A DNA stretch of 64,000 bases from Rhodopirellula sp. JB044 (GTDB lineage: Bacteria > Planctomycetota > Planctomycetia > Pirellulales > Pirellulaceae), in NCBI RefSeq assembly GCF_043101355.1, contig NZ_JBICHZ010000005.1. One strand, given 5' to 3'. Every line of letters starts with the position of its first letter. Positions within the stretch are counted from its first letter, which is position 1. Under the pieces are notes generated by a model. The model made no database searches and had not been told where the DNA came from. It worked only from the letters and a program-made list of their open reading frames with translations. Positions 11,209 to 20,955 of the stretch are shown here, one piece after another. Both the position numbers and the translations under genes were made by a program.

Positions 11209-13677
11209 TCAACCTTGTCCCGGGTCAATTCTCAGCACGCCATTGCCGGTTCGCTGAACAATCTCTTGGCCCTCCGCCTCGAGTATCACTTCGCACGCCA
11301 ATCCCGTCGCTGCCCCCAACAGAGCCTCTTCAGTGGCTTCAATTTCGAAACGCACCTCTTTGGATTGATTGTTCAATGTCGGCATGGGGTCGATGACGTT
11401 CACCCCTTTCGGCAACCCGAGCAATCGGACGCGAGCCTCACCATCAAACGCATTTTTGTGCTGGACGTTCCATACGAACGATTTGCGTTCGCCCCGGCGA
11501 ACACTCTCGGGATTGGCCGCCAACTCGACATATCGGTCCGCAACCGTGAGTTCGATAAACTCAGACGACACTCGTGTGTGACCAACGCCCAAGAAAGGGT
11601 CGATGTCGTCTCGAACAGTGCTGGCAATCGCAACCACCGGCCAAGTCGTTAGCTGTGCACCGGGCGTCGCCGAAATTCTCATTAGTCCTTCTGTTTCGCC
11701 TGGAGGAATCGTTTGAGGCGGCTGGATCGCTAGACCCGGCGGCGACCAAACCGCCCCAAACTCAACCGCACCCTCAAATCCTGGGCGGCGGTGAATTTTG
11801 ACGGGCAATGCCAACTCACCTCCCCGAACGAGCGGCGCCGACGGCTTGATCAATTCAATTGAAAACGGTGCCGGATCGACCACGGCCGTGATATACGCAT
11901 CCACTCGCACCGTATTCCAGGCATCCCCTCCGGAATGGTTGATAAAAGGCACCTGTTGCACCGATCGACTCTCGACGTTCTCATTCGGATCGGCAGGGAT
12001 CGCATCGAGAGTGATCACCGCCCCACCAGGCTCTGCGGTCTCATCAGCAACAAATTGCATCGGCCAAACCCGGGGGATCTTGCCTTTCGGCATCGGAGGA
12101 ACGATCAATGACATTCCTTTGGGAAGTCCGCGAGCGACGACCTGAAAGTCACCTTTTATCGAATCGCACTGTCCCTGCGGGAGGTTCACATTGACGGTCC
12201 ACCGATTGCCGCGTGGAACCGCGAGTCCCGTCACTCGCATCGACTCGGTCCAGTCAAACGTCGTGCTGCGAAGCACTGTTTGAAAGAGCGTTCGTGGCGG
12301 TTCAATTTCAATTCGATAAACGCCCGTCGGGCCACCGTTGTTGCTCGAATCAAGCAACTCGATCAAATACTCGCCGTCCTTCTTTGGCTCCCAAACCACG
12401 GACGGATCCAGCGTATCGGGTAAACCACTGCGAGAGCGATAGTTTGTTCCATAGACATCACGTTCTTCCAACGTCACGTCATCGAGATCGACTTCCGGAT
12501 CGCCGGAACTGCCATCCTCTTCGATCGGCAGAATACGAATTCGAGGATCGATGGGTGACCCCAAGGTTGTGGAGTACACACGAACATGCCATCGATCCCC
12601 CTTATTGACCCGCACGCGAAAGCGGTCGGACGGGTCTTCCGATTCGATGATCCCATTGATCGCGATTGGCAGCGTTTCCACATCCGTCACACTGGCATCG
12701 GGTTCTTCGAATACGTTCGGGTACGGACTGCTGCGCAGCCGCAGCGGAGTCGGGGAACTGCCAAAATACTCAAACGTTCCTTCCTTCGCGGGAATCTCCA
12801 CAGCACTCTCATAATCCCCAAACGCGTCGCCGATAAAACGAATCGTTTCCTTCTTTCCGGCTTGGCCGCCGAGAGGATACGCGGCCTTCGGACGAGGAGT
12901 GTCACTGATATGGACGCAATAGGGTCGCTGTGAAGGCACAAAAATTGAACGGGAGACTTCGACAAACACATGTCCGTCCCGGGGCACCTTCAGCGACACC
13001 AACGGATCTTGAATCAATAGCGCGTTGTCATCGTTCGCGGCCAACTCTCGGCCACTTTCGTCCAACACTCGAATGGCGGTATCAAATTCAGAGTCGCCAT
13101 AGTGAACGTCCGCGATGCGAGCACACCCGACCTCGACTGCCAACCGCTGACCTGCGGAGACGGGCACCCTGTACATATCCACGTCACCCCGATGCCCGCC
13201 ATTTAAATACCCACGCACACTCACATTGGGTTGAACATCGACCGCATTCTCCATCGTGTCATTCTTGTTGTGCCCCTCCTCGTTCTCGTCTGTGACGGGG
13301 AACGGAGTGACATGAAATGTGGCGATCTGGGTCAATTCCGTTGAAGTTCTTAATCGAAACGCGTGCTCACCCGGCGGGCAATCCGGGGCGATTTCGAATT
13401 GGCAAACCACCGCTTCTTTCACGACTCCTCCGTGCATCAAGCTGCGTCGTCTGGGCTGTTCCTCAGGCGTCCGCAATTGGGTCGCACGGATTCCCGGTTG
13501 ATAGAAGATGATCTCTTGAGGGTTCGACAACGAAACGCCGCCAATGGTGACCTCAACGGTCGTTCCACGTTGTGCGATTCTCGGGCGGACGGTCTCAATG
13601 CTCTTGGTCATCGCACCAACGCAAACGTTGGTCAACGCACACAGCGACAACATGATGACAAACAAACGCGCGTGCAT
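11209..13677 (-). CDS. Secreted PPC (pre-peptidase C-terminal) domain protein, usual partner of DUF1501/DUF1553
   Basis: Signal peptide; PRIAQRGTTVEVTIGG; repeated PPC-like units (GDVDMYRVPV.AGQRLAVEV...DTAIRVLDESGRELAANDD...DP; DRFRVRVNKGDRWHVRV...IDP). No protease catalytic domain is recognisable. Confidence 0.8.
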   Translation of the reverse strand: MHARLFVIMLSLCALTNVCVGAMTKSIETVRPRIAQRGTTVEVTIGGVSLSNPQEIIFYQPGIRATQLRTPEEQPRRRSLMHGGVVKEAVVCQFEIAPDCPPGEHAFRLRTSTELTQIATFHVTPFPVTDENEEGHNKNDTMENAVDVQPNVSVRGYLNGGHRGDVDMYRVPVSAGQRLAVEVGCARIADVHYGDSEFDTAIRVLDESGRELAANDDNALLIQDPLVSLKVPRDGHVFVEVSRSIFVPSQRPYCVHISDTPRPKAAYPLGGQAGKKETIRFIGDAFGDYESAVEIPAKEGTFEYFGSSPTPLRLRSSPYPNVFEEPDASVTDVETLPIAINGIIESEDPSDRFRVRVNKGDRWHVRVYSTTLGSPIDPRIRILPIEEDGSSGDPEVDLDDVTLEERDVYGTNYRSRSGLPDTLDPSVVWEPKKDGEYLIELLDSSNNGGPTGVYRIEIEPPRTLFQTVLRSTTFDWTESMRVTGLAVPRGNRWTVNVNLPQGQCDSIKGDFQVVARGLPKGMSLIVPPMPKGKIPRVWPMQFVADETAEPGGAVITLDAIPADPNENVESRSVQQVPFINHSGGDAWNTVRVDAYITAVVDPAPFSIELIKPSAPLVRGGELALPVKIHRRPGFEGAVEFGAVWSPPGLAIQPPQTIPPGETEGLMRISATPGAQLTTWPVVAIASTVRDDIDPFLGVGHTRVSSEFIELTVADRYVELAANPESVRRGERKSFVWNVQHKNAFDGEARVRLLGLPKGVNVIDPMPTLNNQSKEVRFEIEATEEALLGAATGLACEVILEAEGQEIVQRTGNGVLRIDPGQG

Positions 13678-13747
13678 AGTGAAATCAGTGGGGAGGCAGG
13701 GGAACGATAAAAGTCGGAAACGGAACGTGTAAAAGCTACTCAGAAGG

Positions 13748-15154
13748 TCAAGTCAGCAATCCGTTGACCAACTCGCCGCCCTTGATGATTTCGATCGGAC
13801 GCGTTCCGAAGGCCAACAATTCCTTGCTCGCATCAATACCGAGTTGGTGGTAGATGGTGTGCATTAGGTTCTCGAGCGGTACCGCGTCCCGCGCCGGCTC
13901 GCCTCCGATCGAATCACTTGCCCCGTAAATCAGACCGCGGGAGAAACCACCCCCGGCGATCAACATGGAATAATTCCTGGCCCAGTGATCCCTGCCGCTG
14001 GTGTTGTTGATTTTCGGCGTCCGTCCGAACTCAGACGTCACCCAAAAAATCGTGGAATCCAGCAACCCCCGTTGGTCCAAATCGGTAATCAACCCGGAGA
14101 TCGCGTGATCAAGGGCAGGCATCTGATCCAGGCATGCACTCTCGACATCGACATGCGAATCCCATGCCCCGTAGGTAACCGTCACGAACCGCACACCGGA
14201 CTCGACCAACCGCCGGGCGACAATCATCTTTTCGGCAAGTCCCTTCGGATGGAAACGACGGTCCGGGCCTCTCAACCCGACGACATCACGGCCATAGAGC
14301 TGAAAAGTCTCTTCGGTTTCACCATCGAGGGCAAACGCTGCTTGCGACTCTTTCGACGTCAGCAGTGTGTAAGCCTGCTGATAAAAATCATCCATCGTAT
14401 CGAGCATGGTCTGATCGGCTTCCAAACGCCGAATCTTCTGCTCGATGATTTCTCGAGCCGTTTTCCGTCGACTAAAACGATCCATCGAAACGCCTTCGGG
14501 GACCGAAAAGTCTTTGACTTTGTAGTTTCGCTCCGCCGGGTCGGCGTTCAGTTCAAACGGCCCGTGCGTGCTGCTAAGAAAACCCGTTCCACCGGCAAAG
14601 CTGTGGTTGTTTGGGATCGCGACATAGGGCGGCAGATCGCCGCGTTTGCCCAATTCATGAGAGACGATCGATCCCATTTGTGGGAAATCAATCACTGCGG
14701 TCGGCGTGTACCCCGTGAAGAGATGATAGGTTGCGGTAGCGTGATCCGGAATCTTGCCGACCATGCTGCGAACCACCGTCAGTTTGTCGGCGATGGCTGC
14801 GGTGGTCGGGAAGTTCTCACTGAAGACCTCTCCGGTGTTTGTCTTGGTAACACCAAACGCGCCACGATATTCCACCGGCGATTCCGGTTTCGGATCAAAC
14901 GATTCGTGCTGCGGAACGCCACCACCGAGATGCAATTGGATCACACTGAGTGCCTTGGGATCCTCCAGCGTTTTACCCCGGGTCATGCTGAACGCATCAC
15001 CCCCTTGCGACTGCAACCGGAGCATATCGCCTAAAGACAATGACAGCCCACCACACACACCGGCTTGGATAGCGGCGCGGCGGTTGACCATCGATCGGAA
15101 CCCCTTGCAGCCATATCGATTGGGCGCATCGGTCGATCTGTTTTGACGCGACAT
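13748..15154 (-). CDS. DUF1501 family protein with Tat-type signal
   Basis: NRRAAIQAG twin-arginine motif; [20 protein letters not shown]; [14 protein letters not shown]; WDSH; [35 protein letters not shown]. Confidence 0.93.
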   Translation of the reverse strand: MSRQNRSTDAPNRYGCKGFRSMVNRRAAIQAGVCGGLSLSLGDMLRLQSQGGDAFSMTRGKTLEDPKALSVIQLHLGGGVPQHESFDPKPESPVEYRGAFGVTKTNTGEVFSENFPTTAAIADKLTVVRSMVGKIPDHATATYHLFTGYTPTAVIDFPQMGSIVSHELGKRGDLPPYVAIPNNHSFAGGTGFLSSTHGPFELNADPAERNYKVKDFSVPEGVSMDRFSRRKTAREIIEQKIRRLEADQTMLDTMDDFYQQAYTLLTSKESQAAFALDGETEETFQLYGRDVVGLRGPDRRFHPKGLAEKMIVARRLVESGVRFVTVTYGAWDSHVDVESACLDQMPALDHAISGLITDLDQRGLLDSTIFWVTSEFGRTPKINNTSGRDHWARNYSMLIAGGGFSRGLIYGASDSIGGEPARDAVPLENLMHTIYHQLGIDASKELLAFGTRPIEIIKGGELVNGLLT

Positions 15155-15231
15155 TCTAATTTTCCTTGGGCAGGCGGGAGGAAGGCAGGATTGAGGTGGG
15201 AGTAAGGCGAGGCAGGTATCAGGTGGGGCTC

Positions 15232-15247
15232 AACATGACTTCATGTT
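15232..15247. promoter_or_regulatory. Perfect palindrome AACATGA-ct-TCATGTT upstream of the DUF1501 gene
   Basis: 7-bp arms with a 2-nt spacer, too short a loop for a terminator hairpin. It lies in the 105-bp gap between the anti-sigma gene and DUF1501. Confidence 0.3.
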
Positions 15248-15259
15248 TGGCAAACAAAA

Positions 15260-17023
15260 TCATGGTTTGGGAAGGGGGTGCTCAAGAGGCGGGTTATCAC
15301 GTGACCAGACCAAGCTCGGACGTCCTTCGTCTACGAGCGTCGAGATTTCTTCATCGCTTAACGCCCGTTTCCAAATCGCAACCTCATCCATTCGGCCACG
15401 CAGCGCACGTGGCGGGCGTTCTGAGAACTGTGCAAACGGCACCCAGTTACCCAGGCGGCAGACACCAGGCTTGATCGGATATTCATCTTCACGGAGCAAA
15501 CTCTGCGTTACTTTCTCACCGTTGACGTAGATGTCACTGCGTTTATCCGGGACCGACGTGACCGATAAAACATGAACCCACTTCCCCACGGGCACGGGAT
15601 CACCGATCCAGCGGAGTTCATCGCGTCGGGCACCCATGATGCCTCCGCGTGGCAAACCGAAACGGTTCATTTGAAAGTGAAGCACGCCGTTTTCCCCACC
15701 ATTGCTATTGCAGATGGAAATCATTTCCCGGTCGAGCCGATCTACCTGGATCCAAACGGCGATCGTCATTTCCTCGTAGGTTCCCGGAATCTCGAACTCA
15801 ACAAAATCCGTATCGCGATCGAACAGCAAAGCATCTTTCCCGGGCCAACGCCCCGACACCCAACGCGGACCGGAGATCTGCCCCGGGGTCACCAACGCAT
15901 TTCCTGCCGCGTTGACCAACAGTTTGGAATCGTCTTGCCTTGTAAACGGGAACCAACCGATCAGGCTCGGGTCATCGACATGTCGTCTCCGCACCGTTTT
16001 CCACCGCAGAAAACCGATTTCGCCGGGTGACGGAAACTGCTCCGCGGCGGGCTCCTCACCGGGTTTGGCCTCGCCACCGGAATACCGCACCCAGTCGCCC
16101 TCATAGACGCTCTTCATCAGACCATTGTTTTTGGCTTCACGAACGTTGACCTGACCGTCGAAGACCTGCATTGTGCTTTCGCCGGTCTTCTTCGAAACGT
16201 TCAAACCGAACTCGGTCCCCACATCTTCGAAGTTCACGTCGGTCGTTTTGATGGTAAAGCCGACCGCCGAAGGAGGAACAATCGCGCGGACCGCTCCATA
16301 CGCCAACCGAGCGTGCAGCAGATCGTCAATCGCCAACTTGGCCGGCGCCTGCATCACCAAATCCACCCCGCTGGCAAACCGCAGATGGATCGTTCCTTCC
16401 AACAATTCATAGTCACCAGGATTGAAAATAACGTCGTCCGTGGAACGACCGCCGGCAAACTTAGCGCCCGCCTCGTCGACCAACATCGCCGTGATTTCAG
16501 CGTTGACATGATCGACCTGGACCACTTCCACCGGCGACGAGAGAACAACCGCCTCGCCATCGATCCAAAAATTTGGCCGTTGCCCTATCAGCACGGCGAG
16601 ACACCCGCCTACCAACATCACCCACGGAACCACTACCGCCGCATACCAGGTGACCCATGATGCCGACCGCGGTCGGCCCCCATTGCCACGTCGCCATGCC
16701 TCTTCGCCAGAGTATGCATGACTTTCCGGCAATCGCACCGTCGACTCCGCGTCGACGTGTTTGCCGTCTGAGACATGGCCGATCTGATCCACCATTCCAC
16801 CAACCGCATCGACCGACACTTCTCTTGCGACTCCAGCCTCCAAGAGACGATGCCGGATGTAGTGCCGCCTCGCCTCTCGATCTTCCATCAGTCGCTGCTG
16901 CAGTTTGGCAAACGCTTCATCGCTCAACGTTCCGTCGATCGCTGTCGACAACAGCTCAATGAATTCGCGATCCCGACGTATCGAATGCAGCGATGACTGC
17001 TTGGACTCGTTTTGATGATCCAT
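15260..17023 (-). CDS. FecR-domain anti-sigma factor with C-terminal LamG/ConA-like domain
   Basis: N-terminal anti-sigma helix (FIELLSTAIDGTLSDEAFAKLQQRLMEDREARRHY), TM, FecR (YELLEGTIHLRFASGVDLVMQAPA...DVGTEFGLNV...VFDGQV) and LamG (MTIAVWI...GKWVHV...IYVNG...GRMDEVAIWKRALS.EEI). The true start is the ATG at 17023, a TAATG overlap with the sigma stop; the track start at 17203 is too long. Confidence 0.88.
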   Translation of the reverse strand: MDHQNESKQSSLHSIRRDREFIELLSTAIDGTLSDEAFAKLQQRLMEDREARRHYIRHRLLEAGVAREVSVDAVGGMVDQIGHVSDGKHVDAESTVRLPESHAYSGEEAWRRGNGGRPRSASWVTWYAAVVVPWVMLVGGCLAVLIGQRPNFWIDGEAVVLSSPVEVVQVDHVNAEITAMLVDEAGAKFAGGRSTDDVIFNPGDYELLEGTIHLRFASGVDLVMQAPAKLAIDDLLHARLAYGAVRAIVPPSAVGFTIKTTDVNFEDVGTEFGLNVSKKTGESTMQVFDGQVNVREAKNNGLMKSVYEGDWVRYSGGEAKPGEEPAAEQFPSPGEIGFLRWKTVRRRHVDDPSLIGWFPFTRQDDSKLLVNAAGNALVTPGQISGPRWVSGRWPGKDALLFDRDTDFVEFEIPGTYEEMTIAVWIQVDRLDREMISICNSNGGENGVLHFQMNRFGLPRGGIMGARRDELRWIGDPVPVGKWVHVLSVTSVPDKRSDIYVNGEKVTQSLLREDEYPIKPGVCRLGNWVPFAQFSERPPRALRGRMDEVAIWKRALSDEEISTLVDEGRPSLVWSRDNPPLEHPLPKP

Positions 17024-17556
17024 TACGACGCCTTTAGTTTTTGCTGGACGCAACCGAGCAATGATTCTCGAATTCGGAACAGAGCCTGACGCACCGAACC
17101 CACGGTTCGATCGAGCGACTCGGCGATTAACTTTAGAGACGAGTCTGGCTCGTAGCGCATGCTCAATAGCTGACGTTGCGGCGTCGGCAATTTCTCCATG
17201 CACCCCTGCAACACCTCCATGCGGTCATCAATCTCACTATCCATCTGCTGCACATCCAATGCAATCAATTCCAGAAGCGAATCATCAAACACCAATCGAT
17301 CTCGCCCGAGACGCTTGCAATGGGTAAGGACCTGGAACCTCGCGATCGTCGAGGCCCACGCCCAAAAATTGGTGCCCATTTCGAATTCATCATGCTTGCG
17401 CAGCAAAACAACATTCACGTCCTGCAAGACATCATCAATGTCTTTGGGATCAAACAGCAAACACCGCACGAACCCGTAAAGTCGGTTTTGCGATCGAGTG
17501 AGTTCACGCACGAACGCGTCAGGAACGGAATTGTCTTTTGTGTCTGCTTGCATCAT
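17023..17556 (-). CDS. ECF sigma-70 factor (Rhodopirellula/Verrucomicrobium type)
   Basis: FVRELTRSQNRLYGFV; DIDDVLQDVNVVL; NFWAWASTIARFQV; LQGCMEKLP..QRQLLSMRY...IAESLDRTVGSVRQALFRIRESLLGCV. Likely start MMQAD at 17556 (track 17613). Confidence 0.93.
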   Translation of the reverse strand: MMQADTKDNSVPDAFVRELTRSQNRLYGFVRCLLFDPKDIDDVLQDVNVVLLRKHDEFEMGTNFWAWASTIARFQVLTHCKRLGRDRLVFDDSLLELIALDVQQMDSEIDDRMEVLQGCMEKLPTPQRQLLSMRYEPDSSLKLIAESLDRTVGSVRQALFRIRESLLGCVQQKLKAS

Positions 17557-17830
17557 TTTTCTCCAGCAATCTCGCAACCACGAGTGAAATGCGGCTTTGC
17601 TCGTTGTAGGCACATGGCGCGACAGAACGCATCATCACACCGAAAAAGAGCGACAATGGCTGAGTTTTTCACCGAGAGTCACCCCTCTAGAAAAAGGAAT
17701 GCCAGACACGAAACAACACTGGACACACGCACAGGAGCCAAAAACAGGACACACACTCTCTTTTTACACCTTTCGCGTGCCTACTTGCTTCCTGCCTACA
17801 TGCTCCCTACGAACTTACCTGCCTGGCTAA

Positions 17831-20800
17831 TTACCACAACTTGAAACACTCAGATTCGTTTTCGACCGCCAACACTCTTTGATCGACGCTGACACCGTGA
17901 TGCACTTGCTGCCGCCCTCCGGGCCATCGAATCTGGAGTTGCACCGGTTCACTCGCTTCCCCTAGCCCAAACGAAACGACGTTTTCATTGCGACTCAGAT
18001 AGCCATCTCCTGACGCGACACACTGCACGGCCTCTCGGTCGCCCGACTTCACCGTAACCCTGGCTCCAATCGCATCGCGTTCGGACTCTGTCCCAACCAA
18101 TTGAACCTGCAGCCAATGGTTTCTCGTCGGAGTCTCGTTAACCAGCAACGCAGACGGCTGACCGGTGTGTGTGACGACGAAATCGTTCCTTCCGTCTCGA
18201 TCGAAGTCCAACCGCGCTAAACCACGCCCCAGGTAACTCGCCTGCCAATATTCAGCATCATGGCTCATCTCGACTGGCAAGAAACCTGTGCCGGAATTCG
18301 CCAACAACTGGGTTGGCTGGAGAAAAGGAACTCGGATCTCGGTCGAATCGTCGAGGTGCCCGTTTGCCACCACCAAATCGAGGTCGCTGTCATTGTCATA
18401 ATCAATCGCCTGACATCCAAACCCCACCATGCTGCGAGTCGGACCAGCAAGGCCGAACGCAACACTGCGATCTTGATACGCGTCACGATCCGATAAGAAC
18501 AAACTCGAATTCTGATTCTCGTAATTACTGATGTGAATATCCGTCGAACCGTTGGAGTCAAAGTCACCGATGGCGATTCCCATCGATCCAGTCGCCACTC
18601 CACTGCCGTCAAACGCACACCCCTTCAACGTCGCAAGATCGCTCCAAACCTGCCCGGTAGAATCGCGCGTCCAGAGCTGGTTCGGTGTCAAATCGTTGCC
18701 CACAAATACTTCATTCCCGGCGACGCCATCGAGATCGGCGACCACGACACCCAACGCGTAACCCTGTTCACGGTCCTCACGGCGAAACGGTTCTGAACAA
18801 AAATCACCTTCGCCGTCGTTGATAACCAGTGTGTCCACACCGACGTGGTACTCGCCCGGTGACACCGCAGCGACGACACGTCCCGACGCATCCAACGGCG
18901 GCTTGCGGCTGATTTCGGGATCGTCCACATAGACGCACTGAAAAAGATCGGGCAGACCGTCTCCGCTCAAATCGGCCATGGCGATAGACGAGGGAACCCG
19001 AGCGAGATTGACATCATCCGCCAACGGACACCGCTCAAATGATCCGTCTCCGTTGTTGATAAACAATGAGTCGACGCCGATGTTTGAAACAACCAAATCA
19101 GGAAAGCCGTCTTGGTTCCAATCTCCGCTCGTCATTCCGAGACTGTACTGCGTCTCTCGCGTACCGCTCGCACCGGTCACGTCGACCAACGCCTGCCCCA
19201 CGTTGCGGAAGAACTGGTTGGACTGTTCACCTGCCGCCCTCGGCGGATCGGCCGTTCCTTGTGCAAACGCCAAATCAGCCATGCCGTCCAAATCGAAATC
19301 GATCACCGCCACACCGCCCCCGAGGGTTTGGTGAATCGAATACCGCTGACGGACCGAAGACTCCGCAACTTGGTACGAGTGATCTAATCCTGCACGTTCG
19401 GCAACATTCACGAACCTGGCACCAACGAAATCTTCGTCACTTCGCATGCGTTTCCGAATAGCGATATCACCGATCGCATTCGAGCTGAGCGACGGCAACG
19501 GGAAGTCATCCAGGTGCAAACCGCACAAATGATCTTCCGTTCGTGGACGCTCCCTTCGGGCAACAACGAGCCTGCGACGCTCAGCATTCAGCTTGGCCAC
19601 CTCTTCGGCAGGTGCGTCTCGATATCCCGCTTCGAGAATTTTCCAAAGCACCGCTTCGAGTCGCCGATCGAGCCTTACTAAGGTGTCAGCGAGTCCGGCC
19701 ATCGCATCCACGTTGGGCTCATCCGATTGAGCGATTTGGTTGTTGTACTTCAGCGCGTCCTGAAGCGCCGACCACCGCGAATTCCATCGCTCGGCGATCT
19801 TTTCATACCCTAGAGCGATCAACGGCTGCCGAAGTCGACCGATCGAAATGAAATCCGTTGAGTCTCTTGAAACCGCTTCCGCCAACGCACGTACTGCTTC
19901 GGGATATCTCCGGTGCCGCGACTCATGGGCGCCGATCGCCGCCCAGTAGTCAGCAAACTCTTGCGTTGCCGCATCGGTTCGCCCCAACCACCATTGAAAA
20001 CGCTTATCGTCCTGTGTCTCGGCGACGGCTCGCCCGTACAGAGCAATCGCCGCTGGCATTGCTTCGCCGGCACGAACGGCATCGTGCAACGTTTCGATAA
20101 CATCATCGTACTGCTGCAACGCAAACTGCCGACGCGCTTTTCCCAAACGCCCGATCGGCCAATAGGGTAATGTTCCGGGCTCGAGCTTGTCGCGTTGCGA
20201 CGGATCGTCATACATCGCATCTGTCAAAATGACCAACGCATGAAGTTCGTCCTGATGAACGTCTCCACATCGACACAGCGGAACAATCTGTTCGGCGGCC
20301 TCCTGCCGGCGACCTTGACGGTTCAACAGGTAGGCTAGTTGGCGACGCGGAGGGACCGCGTCGGGCATCCTCTTGATAATTTCTCGGTAGCGATGCTCCG
20401 CTTCGTCATACCGCTGCAAACGAAAGCACCAGTCTGCAGACTGCCCCAGCGCAGGCAGCCCGGCCTCGGGATGATCACGAGGTATGCTATCGAGCAACTC
20501 AATCGCTGTTTCGAAACTCCCGTCCGCCGCCCGAACGCTCGCTAAGCGGAACAACACCTCGACGTCATCTGGCTCGATCAACAACCAGTTCTGCAACGAC
20601 TCGGATGCCCCGGCGAAATTGCTTTCACCCACGAGTCGTTCGGCAGTAGCGATCGCAACGGCGCGGCGCTGCACCAGTGCGGGGCCGCTGTGCTTCTCGT
20701 TGAGGTCGGTTGCCTCGTGGTTAACCCGAGCCTCACTCACCGAAGGACGTGCAACCACCTTCGGTTGCTCCTTCACGCCCTGCTCAGGAACAGACATCAC

Positions 20801-20836
20801 GTTCGCGTCCCCACCACACCCGCACAAAACGACCAC
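17831..20836 (-). CDS. TPR + FG-GAP/CRTAC1-like + ASPIC/UnbV lipoprotein (copy 1)
   Basis: Lipobox-like VLCGC; TPR half; GGGVAVIDFDLDG and repeated D.N.DG.PD FG-GAP motifs; C-terminal NHWLQVQLVG..S.RDAIGARV...GDGYLS.NE....FGLG...I.WPGG. The start may lie further upstream because the frame stays open. Confidence 0.88.
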   Translation of the reverse strand: MVVLCGCGGDANVMSVPEQGVKEQPKVVARPSVSEARVNHEATDLNEKHSGPALVQRRAVAIATAERLVGESNFAGASESLQNWLLIEPDDVEVLFRLASVRAADGSFETAIELLDSIPRDHPEAGLPALGQSADWCFRLQRYDEAEHRYREIIKRMPDAVPPRRQLAYLLNRQGRRQEAAEQIVPLCRCGDVHQDELHALVILTDAMYDDPSQRDKLEPGTLPYWPIGRLGKARRQFALQQYDDVIETLHDAVRAGEAMPAAIALYGRAVAETQDDKRFQWWLGRTDAATQEFADYWAAIGAHESRHRRYPEAVRALAEAVSRDSTDFISIGRLRQPLIALGYEKIAERWNSRWSALQDALKYNNQIAQSDEPNVDAMAGLADTLVRLDRRLEAVLWKILEAGYRDAPAEEVAKLNAERRRLVVARRERPRTEDHLCGLHLDDFPLPSLSSNAIGDIAIRKRMRSDEDFVGARFVNVAERAGLDHSYQVAESSVRQRYSIHQTLGGGVAVIDFDLDGMADLAFAQGTADPPRAAGEQSNQFFRNVGQALVDVTGASGTRETQYSLGMTSGDWNQDGFPDLVVSNIGVDSLFINNGDGSFERCPLADDVNLARVPSSIAMADLSGDGLPDLFQCVYVDDPEISRKPPLDASGRVVAAVSPGEYHVGVDTLVINDGEGDFCSEPFRREDREQGYALGVVVADLDGVAGNEVFVGNDLTPNQLWTRDSTGQVWSDLATLKGCAFDGSGVATGSMGIAIGDFDSNGSTDIHISNYENQNSSLFLSDRDAYQDRSVAFGLAGPTRSMVGFGCQAIDYDNDSDLDLVVANGHLDDSTEIRVPFLQPTQLLANSGTGFLPVEMSHDAEYWQASYLGRGLARLDFDRDGRNDFVVTHTGQPSALLVNETPTRNHWLQVQLVGTESERDAIGARVTVKSGDREAVQCVASGDGYLSRNENVVSFGLGEASEPVQLQIRWPGGRQQVHHGVSVDQRVLAVENESECFKLW

Positions 20837-20955
20837 AACCGCACAACGCCTCCAAGGCCCCGAGAGGGCATGAAGGCGATGGCGGTGCTGGCAGCCTCCG
20901 TTAGCTTCAGAGGCTTGTCGTTTCGCTTTTCGCGGATCGATCAGATCAGCCTCTG

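Noticed and set aside
11209-13677. Calling the PPC protein a serine protease
   Set aside because: No subtilase or trypsin catalytic motifs were seen; only PPC and Ig-like modules.
13985-15034. 349-aa + strand ORF
   Set aside because: Lies wholly antisense to the well-supported DUF1501 gene and has no recognisable domain.
17024-17203. N-terminal extension of the anti-sigma ORF
   Set aside because: Overlaps the sigma gene; the TAATG junction at 17023 gives the natural start.
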